DNA from: a virus
Taxonomy: Duplodnaviria > Heunggongvirae > Uroviricota > Caudoviricetes
Length of the DNA stretch: 49,503 nucleotides
IMG/VR virus record: IMGVR_UViG_3300006100_000010
Direction: 5' to 3' (one strand)
Both the position numbers and the translations under genes were made by a program. Under the pieces are notes generated by a model. It was given only the letters and a program-made list of their open reading frames with translations. It did not search any database and was not told the DNA's origin. Of this stretch, positions 28,123 through 34,668 are shown piece after piece. How positions within the stretch are numbered: the first letter of the stretch is position 1; the number at the start of each line of letters is the position of its first letter.

Positions 28123-28197
28123 AGTCTCTTAGCTCAGTTGGTTCAGAGCGGTTGCCTTACAAGCAATAGGTCAGGGGTTCGACTCCCTTAGGGACTA
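28123..28197 (+). tRNA. tRNA-Val(TAC)
   Basis: AGTCTCT/AGGGACT; loop CTTACAA. Confidence 0.92.
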
Positions 28198-28282
28198 CTT
28201 AAAAGAAAGTAATTAAAAAAAATGAAGCGAAAGCGAAAATATAAACGGTAAGAGCACGTAGCCTTTGAGTTACGTGGTGAAT

Positions 28283-28356
28283 GACTTCGTAGCTCAGTTG
28301 GTAGCAGCAATACACTTTTAATGTATGGGTCGTTGGTTCAAATCCAACCGGAGTCA
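28283..28356 (+). tRNA. tRNA-Lys(TTT)
   Basis: GACTTCG/CGGAGTC; loop CTTTTAA. Confidence 0.9.
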
Positions 28357-28367
28357 CTGATTACAAT

Positions 28368-28439
28368 GCACCTATAGCTGAGCGGTAAAGCTGCGCCCTC
28401 TTAAGGCGATGATCCCAGCTTCAAATCCTGGTGGGTGCA
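28368..28439 (+). tRNA. tRNA-Lys(CTT), atypical T stem
   Basis: GCACCTA/TGGGTGC; loop CTCTTAA; C in place of G53 gives a C-C mismatch. Confidence 0.7.
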
Positions 28440-28462
28440 CACCATTAAAAACAAAGAGAGTC

Positions 28463-28969
28463 ATGATGAAGTTAAGCGATTTTAGAGTATTGGTTCTTAA
28501 TGCAGATTATCAGCCTGTCAACATGACTTCTTTTAAGAAGGGCTGTAAGTTGGTCTACAAAGGAAAGGCAGAAGTTCTTACATTAGACGAAGAAAACAAC
28601 CTGACCTCTGCAGTGCTTACTGAGGTTCGACCAAAGGTAATTAGACTCTTGCAGTACATTTACCTTCCTCATCGGAAGATGAGCCTCACTAAGCAAAACA
28701 TCTACAAGCGCGACGGATATCGTTGTGGCTACTGTGGATCCAAAGATGAGTTGACAATCGACCACATCTTGCCTAAGTCCAGAGGAGGTAAAAATAGCTG
28801 GGAAAACCTAGTTACTTGTTGCTCAAAGTGCAACAGCAAAAAGGACAACCAGACCCCAGCTGAAGCTCGAATGAAATTGAGAGTTGAGCCACACGCGCCG
28901 ACTTTCAAGAGCTTGATTGGGTTAAGTAAAGACTCAAGTCTCACTGACGCTCTAGTAGCTCAGTGGTAA
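28463..28969 (+). CDS. HNH endonuclease
   Basis: VLVLNADYQP N-terminus, CGYCG, LTIDHILPKSRGG, NLVTCCSKCN; the ORF-track start lies inside tRNA-Lys, so ATG 28463 is preferred. Confidence 0.9.
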   Translation: MMKLSDFRVLVLNADYQPVNMTSFKKGCKLVYKGKAEVLTLDEENNLTSAVLTEVRPKVIRLLQYIYLPHRKMSLTKQNIYKRDGYRCGYCGSKDELTIDHILPKSRGGKNSWENLVTCCSKCNSKKDNQTPAEARMKLRVEPHAPTFKSLIGLSKDSSLTDALVAQW

Positions 28970-29046
28970 GTTAAGTGTCTTGCATGCTCTGATGAAATTC
29001 GACTGCAAGGTCTCGGTAGGCAGAACGCGTCTGAACCTACCCACAC

Positions 29047-29122
<76 letters not shown>

Positions 29123-29198
29123 AGCAAGGAAGTAGTTTGCAGAAAGTTGTGCCGTGTTCTGCTGATGAAATTAAACCCTTGTGACAACGGTGCAACCC

Positions 29199-29270
29199 GG
29201 TCATATAGCTCAGCGGGAGAGCGCTTCCTTGACGTGGAAGAAGTCGGTGGTTCAAATCCATCTGGGATCA
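29199..29270 (+). tRNA. tRNA-Val(GAC)
   Basis: Loop TTGACGT; acceptor has one A-G mismatch. Confidence 0.82.
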
Positions 29271-29329
29271 CTAAGTCGCAGAAAGGTAACTCCAGTATTT
29301 GATTACCGTTGCCCTCCTGCGACTCCACT

Positions 29330-29401
29330 GCCTCATTAGCTCAGTGGTAGAGCTGCTCATTTGTAATGAGCGGGTCGGCAGTTCGAATCTGTCATGAGGC
29401 T
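29330..29401 (+). tRNA. tRNA-Thr(TGT)
   Basis: GCCTCAT/ATGAGGC; loop TTTGTAA. Confidence 0.93.
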
Positions 29402-29433
29402 CTCAAATAAAAAGTAATTTATTTTCACACAAA

Positions 29434-29466
29434 GTGAAACTCTTTAGTAAAATATTGTATAAATAA
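29434..29466 (+). promoter_or_regulatory. tRNA-array promoter 3: GTGAAACT-N15-GTATAAATAA
   Basis: Same boxes and spacing as promoters 1 and 2. Confidence 0.75.
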
Positions 29467-29490
29467 CTAAGACTATTAAAGTCAAACAAA

Positions 29491-29586
29491 ATGAAAAAGC
29501 AAGCCTACATACGAATTTATAGACCGTGCCAACCGTTAGCATGGCAGCTAGGCTTGTCGAATCATAATTCACTAAGCCGATTCTGA
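29491..29586 (+). CDS. Putative leader peptide 3 (MKKQAYIRIYRPCQPLAWQLGLSNHNSLSRF)
   Basis: A-rich start context after promoter 3; its 3' end overlaps alternative pairings. Confidence 0.5.
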   Translation: MKKQAYIRIYRPCQPLAWQLGLSNHNSLSRF

Positions 29587-29687
29587 TCCCCTGGCCAGTG
29601 AATATCTCAAATCCATAATTTTACACAACCGATTTTAGGAATGCACTGGCCTCTAGTAGGAAGGCTTAATAATGTTCTTTGAATATT

Positions 29688-29762
29688 GGTCCCTTAGCTC
29701 AGATGGTTAGTAGCATCTGACTCATAATCAGAGGGTCACTGGTTCAAGTCCAGTAGGGACCA
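29688..29762 (+). tRNA. tRNA-Ile2(CAT, lysidine type) probable
   Basis: GGTCCCT/AGGGACC, GACTCATAATC arm and CTGGTTCAAGTCCAG T arm resemble bacterial tRNA-Ile2. Confidence 0.78.
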
Positions 29763-29769
29763 CACATAT

Positions 29770-29851
29770 GGGTATACGCCGAAGTTGGAGAGTCGGGGCG
29801 GTCTGTAAAACCGTTGCATTAGCTGAACAGGTTCGAATCCTGTTATACTCA
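29770..29851 (+). tRNA. tRNA-Tyr(GTA)
   Basis: Loop CTGTAAA; long variable arm. Confidence 0.9.
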
Positions 29852-29856
29852 CACTT

Positions 29857-29934
29857 GGAAAGGTAGCGCAGTTGGTCAGTTCGCACCGGACTGAAAATCC
29901 GGCGATGTGAGTTCGATTCTCACCCTTTCCACCA
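29857..29934 (+). tRNA. tRNA-Phe(GAA), CCA encoded
   Basis: GGAAAGG/CCTTTCC; loop CTGAAAA. Confidence 0.92.
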
Positions 29935-29935
29935 A

Positions 29936-30027
29936 TCAGTATGGGTTAATTGCCTCGAGAGACGTCTCGATATAAAAACCGGTCTTCGCTTAGAAGATAG
30001 ATGTTGGTCTGGAATCCAACTGCTGAA
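29936..30027 (+). ncRNA. tRNA-like structured element of unknown identity
   Basis: TCAGTA/TGCTGA closing stem, TCGAGA/TCTCGA, TCTTC/GAAGA and GTTGG/CCAAC arms; non-canonical loops. Confidence 0.4.
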
Positions 30028-30030
30028 TAC

Positions 30031-30103
30031 GGCCTTGTAGCTCAATGGATAGAGCATCTGACTACGGATCAGAAGGTTTAGGGTTCGAGTCCCTACGAGG
30101 TCA
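30031..30103 (+). tRNA. tRNA-Arg(ACG)
   Basis: Loop CTACGGA; canonical arms. Confidence 0.93.
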
Positions 30104-30122
30104 CTAACGTTCTTTAACGAAT

Positions 30123-30204
30123 GCTCGGGTGGTGAAATAGGTAGACACGTCAGACTTAAACCCTGGTGGATTTTTCCGTGCGGGTTCGATTCCCGCCTCG
30201 AGTA
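30123..30204 (+). tRNA. tRNA-Leu(TAA)
   Basis: Leu-type D loop and long variable arm; loop CTTAAAC with A-C mismatch at the stem base. Confidence 0.82.
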
Positions 30205-30209
30205 CTAAT

Positions 30210-30283
30210 GGTCCTGTAGCTCAGTTGGATAGAGCATCTCACTTCTAATGAGACGGTCGGGGGTTCGAATCCCTTCGGGACTA
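30210..30283 (+). tRNA. tRNA-Arg(TCT)
   Basis: Loop CTTCTAA. Confidence 0.93.
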
Positions 30284-30289
30284 CAAACT

Positions 30290-30373
30290 GCCTCGATGGC
30301 GGAATCGGTAGACGCGTCGGTCTCAAAAACCGATCGAAGATAGTAGGTGCGGGTTCGATTCCCGCTCGAGGTA
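30290..30373 (+). tRNA. tRNA-Leu(CAA)
   Basis: Loop CTCAAAA; long variable arm. Confidence 0.92.
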
Positions 30374-30611
30374 CTGAAGATCTTTGAAATATTGGAACAA
30401 AAGAAATTGAAATGTTGCTGAAAGCACTTCAATGAAAAGTTAGAATGAAAGCTTTAGAGTCATTTGCAATAACACACGCAAAGGCTTTAAAAACCGCGAG
30501 CCGGATGAAAGGTCCGGACAGGTTGCAGATGATGATACTGTTAGTAGGTCTAGCTAAGTAAAAGAAGGGAGTAAGTAACAGAGTAAGGCACATAGACTAA
30601 TTAGTCTATAA

Positions 30612-30682
30612 CACAGCGGACAGTGCACCGGCTTAGCATTTGCGTTTGGCGCCGGGGAGGTGGGTTCGAATCCCACTAGTCA
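30612..30682 (+). pseudogene. Degenerate tRNA (Pro TGG-like relic)
   Basis: Perfect T arm GTGGG-TTCGAAT-CCCAC and D-like GTGC/GCAT, TTTGG triplet region, but no convincing acceptor or anticodon stem. Confidence 0.35.
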
Positions 30683-30704
30683 AATTAAGTGATGTGTCAG
30701 TTAT

Positions 30705-30777
30705 CGGGATGTAGCTCAGTTGGTAGAGTACTCGGTTTGGGACCGAGACGCCGGAGGTTCGAGTCCTCTCATCCCGA
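30705..30777 (+). tRNA. tRNA-Pro(TGG)
   Basis: CGGGATG/CATCCCG; loop TTTGGGA. Confidence 0.93.
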
Positions 30778-30780
30778 CTA

Positions 30781-30891
30781 AGGACTTAAATAAGCTGAGG
30801 TGGTAGAGAGTGCCATAGGTAAGTTGACGACGGTCGACTGAGAGAAGGGGTACTACACGGTGACGGACCTCTGTAAATGCTCAGCTGTCCT
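30781..30891 (+). ncRNA. Unknown structured RNA B
   Basis: AGGAC/GTCCT and AGCTGAG/CTCAGCT closing stems; inner GTGGTA/TGCCAT, AGTTGAC/GTCGACT and GGGGT/ACCTC helices. Confidence 0.5.
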
Positions 30892-30895
30892 ACTT

Positions 30896-30975
30896 GCCCA
30901 GGTGGCGTAATGGCAGCCGCGCCAGACTTAGGATCTGGTGTCTTTGACGTGTCGGTTCGAGTCCGACCCTGGGTA
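30896..30975 (+). tRNA. tRNA-Leu(TAG)
   Basis: GCCCAGG/CCTGGGT; loop CTTAGGA. Confidence 0.92.
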
Positions 30976-30980
30976 CAAAA

Positions 30981-31062
30981 TGTCCGGTGGCGAAATTGGT
31001 AGACGCACCATCATGAGGAGGTGGCGGTTTTTATCGTGCGGGTTCGAATCCCGCTTCGGACA
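30981..31062 (+). tRNA. tRNA-Leu(GAG), irregular acceptor stem
   Basis: Leu D loop, loop ATGAGGA, long variable arm; the acceptor needs a 1-nt bulge. Confidence 0.68.
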
Positions 31063-31180
31063 CAAGATCTAATAGTGTAAACGCGTAGCGGCCGACACAT
31101 GATGGTTCGTCCTTTTAGACGATAGAGTTAAACTCAGCCACATATAGGAACGATAAGGCCTCCTTAGATCAAAATAACAT

Positions 31181-31303
31181 GGGGAAGAATGCAAAACAAA
31201 CACTTTGTCGCACATTCTTCGGAAACGATAGCAACAGATAGAGTTACTTCGCAATCAATCTGTAAAATTGACGTTTGGTATTGAGAGATACCCTTCCCCA
31301 CCA
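31181..31303 (+). ncRNA. Y RNA-like RNA 6: tRNA-Tyr-like body with native CCA end and the conserved stem in place of the D arm
   Basis: GGGGAAG/CTTCCCC-A-CCA; TCAAT-CTGTAAA-ATTGA; GGTAT/ATACC; ACTTTGTC-GCACATTCT-TCG-GAAA-CGA-TAGCAAC-AGATAGAGT-TACTTC. Confidence 0.7.
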
Positions 31304-31304
31304 T

Positions 31305-31375
31305 GGTCTTGTGGCCGAGTGATTAGGCGCAGCTCTGCAAAAGCTGATACACTGGTTTGATCCCAGTCGAGACCT
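31305..31375 (+). tRNA. tRNA-Cys(GCA)
   Basis: GGTCTTG/CGAGACC, U73; loop CTGCAAA. Confidence 0.9.
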
Positions 31376-31382
31376 CTTAAAT

Positions 31383-31453
31383 ACGTTCGTGGTGCAATGG
31401 TAGCATACCGGTCTCCAAAACCGTTGATGGGGGTTCGAATCCCTCCGTTCGTG
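31383..31453 (+). tRNA. tRNA-Trp(CCA)
   Basis: Loop CTCCAAA; acceptor has two U-U mismatches. Confidence 0.78.
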
Positions 31454-31466
31454 CAAAAAATAAATT

Positions 31467-31541
31467 GGGTACATAGCTCAGAGGTAGAGCAATCGGCCGT
31501 TAACCGATTGGCCGCAGGTTCGATCCCTGCTGTGCCCGCCA
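31467..31541 (+). tRNA. tRNA-Asn(GTT), CCA encoded
   Basis: GGGTACA/TGTGCCC, G73; loop CCGTTAA (C33). Confidence 0.88.
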
Positions 31542-31563
31542 ACGAATCTAGCGGATTCATAAT

Positions 31564-31634
31564 TGTCCCTTCGTCTAATGGCAGGACATCTGATTTTGGC
31601 TCAGATAATTGAGGTTCGAATCCTTGAGGGACAA
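31564..31634 (+). tRNA. tRNA-Gln(TTG)
   Basis: TGTCCCT/AGGGACA; loop TTTTGGC. Confidence 0.88.
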
Positions 31635-31644
31635 CAATAACTAT

Positions 31645-31718
31645 GGGGAATTAGCTCACTTGGCTAGAGCGCCTGCTTTGCAAGCAGGAGGCAGCGAGTT
31701 CGACTCTCGCATTCTCCA
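31645..31718 (+). tRNA. tRNA-Ala(TGC)
   Basis: G3:U70; loop TTTGCAA. Confidence 0.94.
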
Positions 31719-31786
31719 CTTGAGGGAGGTGGGATGACCACCCAACGATTCAGCTCGTCACTGAGTCGGCTTCCCCAAAATAACTA

Positions 31787-31861
31787 GGACAAAAAGGTGT
31801 GGGGAGGATCGCACGCTGGGCTCGCAACCCAGAAGACTGGTTCGTGTCTCCAGTGAGTCCA
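31787..31861 (+). pseudogene. tRNA-like element with initiator-type anticodon stem and CGC triplet
   Basis: CTGGG-CTCGCAA-CCCAG, GTGT/GCAC D-like stem, ACTGG/CCAGT T-like stem with 9-nt loop, only 4-bp acceptor GGAC/GTCC. Confidence 0.45.
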
Positions 31862-31864
31862 TAT

Positions 31865-31938
31865 AGGCAATTAGCTCATTTGGTTAGAGCGCCGATCTGA
31901 TACGTCGGAGGTGCCCAGTTCGAGCCTGGGATTGCCTA
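31865..31938 (+). tRNA. tRNA-Ile(GAT)
   Basis: AGGCAAT/ATTGCCT; loop CTGATAC. Confidence 0.92.
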
Positions 31939-31954
31939 CTTAAAAACAAAAACA

Positions 31955-32410
31955 ATGTCACTAAAAGCAACAATCTATGCGGACTTTATGACTGCATTTA
32001 AAGCAAAAGAAGAAAAGGCAAAGTCTGCTCTGAGCATGCTGAAGGCAAAGATCACTGAAGCCGAAAAGGCAAATAAGAATCAGGAACTTACTGATGCTGA
32101 AGTGCTAAAGGTGATACTTGCTTCGGTGAAACAGAGAAAGCAATCGATCGGCGAATTTGAGAAGGGCGGCCGACCTGATCTTGTTGAAAAGGAGGCGGCA
32201 GAGCTCAAGGTTCTTGAAGCATACCTTCCAAAACAAATGTCTCGCGAAGAGATTGAGTCTGAATTGCGTACGATCCTACTTGGTTTTGGCGAAAAAGAAC
32301 CGCATAACAAAAAGGTGGGACAGAGCATGGGAATGTTCAATAAGAAGTTTCCAGGAATGGCTGACCCGAAGGTAGTACAAGAGGTCATAAATTCTCTGGT
32401 TGCTGCATAA
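31955..32410 (+). CDS. yqeY: GatB/YqeY domain protein
   Basis: MSLKATI..D...A.KAK, KQRKQSI..FEKGGRPDLVEKEAAELKVLEAYLPKQMS. Confidence 0.92.
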   Translation: MSLKATIYADFMTAFKAKEEKAKSALSMLKAKITEAEKANKNQELTDAEVLKVILASVKQRKQSIGEFEKGGRPDLVEKEAAELKVLEAYLPKQMSREEIESELRTILLGFGEKEPHNKKVGQSMGMFNKKFPGMADPKVVQEVINSLVAA

Positions 32411-32421
32411 AAATCAATAAT

Positions 32422-32504
32422 GGAGAGTGCCCGAATGGACGAGGAACCTGTCTTGAAAACAGCTGGGTGTAAAAGCTTTGGGGGTTCGATTCCCTCACTC
32501 TCCG
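32422..32504 (+). tRNA. tRNA-Ser(TGA)
   Basis: GGAGAGT/ACTCTCC, G73; loop CTTGAAA; long variable arm. Confidence 0.88.
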
Positions 32505-32540
32505 CCGAAAACCAATAGTCATGGAAAAAAGATCTCCGAA

Positions 32541-32963
32541 ATGTCGGACGCTGAGTTTACTGCCTTTGCTGAAAAGGAAAAGGCTGAAATACAACTCGCT
32601 AAGAAAAAAGAGCTGCTCGATCGCTGGAATAATCTTCCTAGGTTCGATGAGGTGCACCAAGTTCCTATTCTGCCTCAGGTAGACGATCCAAGGGAATGGT
32701 CAGAGTTTTATGTAAAGAAACTCATCTCATCTGGAGCTATTCCCAAGGAGGCCCTAAAGGATGGAGAGCATTACGTGGGATCCCATCGCAGAGCGCAAGT
32801 CGCTCGATGGAATTCTGAAATGGGTCGATTTGAATACTGGAGAACCAAGTTCAACCAGACTTTCATCGACTACTGTAATCACTTTGAAGACGACGACGGG
32901 TTTTCTCTGTTTGTTCCAATTGGCACTGCCTCGAAAGATCAGTTTGAAAAGAACGAAATATAA
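32541..32963 (+). CDS. Hypothetical phage protein
   Basis: The ORF-track start lies inside tRNA-Ser; first in-frame ATG outside it is 32541. Confidence 0.6.
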   Translation: MSDAEFTAFAEKEKAEIQLAKKKELLDRWNNLPRFDEVHQVPILPQVDDPREWSEFYVKKLISSGAIPKEALKDGEHYVGSHRRAQVARWNSEMGRFEYWRTKFNQTFIDYCNHFEDDDGFSLFVPIGTASKDQFEKNEI

Positions 32964-32966
32964 TTT

Positions 32967-33055
32967 GGAAAGGTACTCAAGATGGCTTAAGAGGACGCTT
33001 TGCTAAAGCGTTAGGTCGGGTAACTGGCGCGTGGGTTCAAATCCCACTCTTTCCG
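32967..33055 (+). tRNA. tRNA-Ser(GCT)
   Basis: GGAAAGG/TCTTTCC; loop TTGCTAA; long variable arm. Confidence 0.92.
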
Positions 33056-33119
33056 CAAAAAGACTGTTGATGTAGGCTGTCAGCCATAGAGGGGTGAGTC
33101 AAACATATTCCCTTCACAT

Positions 33120-33193
33120 GGAGTCATTAGCTCAATTGGTAGAGTGCCGGGTTGTGGTCCCGGAGGCAATGGGATCGAAGCCCATATGACTCC
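33120..33193 (+). tRNA. tRNA-His(GTG) with encoded G-1
   Basis: G-1:C73; loop TTGTGGT; T loop ATCGAAG. Confidence 0.88.
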
Positions 33194-33198
33194 CTCTT

Positions 33199-34131
33199 TT
33201 ATTTGTTAGGTTTGCCGACCGCTTTGGTTATGTCGTCTGTTGTTATTCCTAAACTTTGCATAATATCATACGAACGAAGTAGTGCATCAATTGCGACATT
33301 ACGTTCAACTGAATGTTTAGAAAACACTTTTCCTAACTGTACCTGAAGTTCAAATATCTTTTTTACAACTTCTAATTTTTCTGGAGAAGTTATGTCAACT
33401 GAATTCAAACGATCTGCTAAACTCTCAAAATAATTTAGCTGGGTTTCAATATTTTCGGCGTACTCTTTGAGGTATACCGGTTTTCTATTAAACGGCTTAG
33501 CTTGTTCTAAGACCATTATTGATAATTCCTTTTTAATTAAAGGCGAAAGTGCTGACTCAAATTTAGAGATGACTTTGGGTTGACCGACAAAAGGTATAGT
33601 TAAAAAAGCCTCTTCAATATTATCGGGAGTAAAGACCTCTTCTGCTTCCTTGAGGCTAATGCCGCGGACAGCCATGCTCCTGTTAAATTCCGATGCGTCT
33701 ATGATGTCAGCAATTATATCATCATCACTAAGAGTTACTGCATCTCCAGTTAACGAAAATATAATGTGCTCGTTCGTCTGTTCTTTGCTAACTTGCGGTT
33801 CATACCTTTGAAATTTTGAATAGATCACACGGGCAATCTGATTTTCATACATTGGAGTAGTGTGCGGATTATAAGGAATCTCTAGGGTTAAATCAATTCC
33901 AATACTTGAAAAAGAAGTTTCGGTATCATTTTCAATGAGCGATATTTTTACAGAGTTTTCAGTAATGTTATCGAGCTTACAAACTGACTTTACACTATCA
34001 AATAGTTTAGCTATTGCGACTTTAACGGCTTCCTTTACACTAAAATTATAATCTAAATTAATTGTAATATACACTGCATCAGGCTGAGCAGATTCATTTA
34101 TCCTGTTCCACTTTGAAAAATTAAGTAGCAT
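33199..34131 (-). CDS. Hypothetical protein with FSKW..INE leader
   Basis: 310 aa; MLLNFSKWNRINES. Confidence 0.62.
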   Translation of the reverse strand: MLLNFSKWNRINESAQPDAVYITINLDYNFSVKEAVKVAIAKLFDSVKSVCKLDNITENSVKISLIENDTETSFSSIGIDLTLEIPYNPHTTPMYENQIARVIYSKFQRYEPQVSKEQTNEHIIFSLTGDAVTLSDDDIIADIIDASEFNRSMAVRGISLKEAEEVFTPDNIEEAFLTIPFVGQPKVISKFESALSPLIKKELSIMVLEQAKPFNRKPVYLKEYAENIETQLNYFESLADRLNSVDITSPEKLEVVKKIFELQVQLGKVFSKHSVERNVAIDALLRSYDIMQSLGITTDDITKAVGKPNK

Positions 34132-34136
34132 GAAAA

Positions 34137-34667
34137 TTATTGATTTTTTAAAAGATCTAATCCATGTACTGCAAGCTGATCTAGAAGTTCTAGAGCAGAG
34201 CCGCGATAGACGATTGCTCCTTTTGTGTGATATATTCGCGCAACGCTACAAGTGTCTGAATCAAGATCAATTTCAATAATGTATTCAGCATCATTGAACG
34301 CAAACTTAAAATAGATGAATCCGCCGTCTACTCTATAGCTAACGCCTTCTCCATCGAGCCTTCTAAGAAAGTGCACGATCTGGGCGATGTCTTCGTATGC
34401 TACAATCTCAAGCTCTTCTTCTGGCGTAAATTCAAGTCCGTGAATTCCTTCCTTGTCGACCGTTGCTTCGTTAACAAATTCAGAAAAAGTAAGGATAAAA
34501 TTTTCTTTGAGGCCCTTGTGTTTCGTCTTTGCAAAGAGTTCAAGTTCCTTTTCTGGCATCTCCTCTGCAAGCTCTTTTACCTTCTTACTTGCGCCCTTCA
34601 TTTTACCCCTCTTTTGAGCAAGAGCCATTGCAAAAAGCCTCTGTTGTGATTTTGATTTTGCTGGCAT
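34137..34667 (-). CDS. DUF3008-like N-terminal domain protein
   Basis: MPAKSKSQQRLFAMALAQKRG...FAKTKHKGL, then an internal FSEFVNE motif and a second domain. Confidence 0.65.
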   Translation of the reverse strand: MPAKSKSQQRLFAMALAQKRGKMKGASKKVKELAEEMPEKELELFAKTKHKGLKENFILTFSEFVNEATVDKEGIHGLEFTPEEELEIVAYEDIAQIVHFLRRLDGEGVSYRVDGGFIYFKFAFNDAEYIIEIDLDSDTCSVARIYHTKGAIVYRGSALELLDQLAVHGLDLLKNQ

Positions 34668-34668
34668 G

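Noticed and set aside
30379-30682. tmRNA
   Set aside because: No Ala-type acceptor with G3:U70 or CCA end, and the ORF does not end in an ALAA-like tag.
31068-31140. Extra tRNA or seventh Y RNA
   Set aside because: Has short hairpins and GATAGAGTTA but lacks TACTTC, the partner strand, a T loop and an acceptor stem.
32521-32541. Programmed frameshift from ATG 32521 into the 32541 ORF
   Set aside because: One extra A would give MEKKISEM, but no in-frame slippery heptamer exists and an in-frame ATG lies 20 nt downstream; a homopolymer error cannot be excluded.
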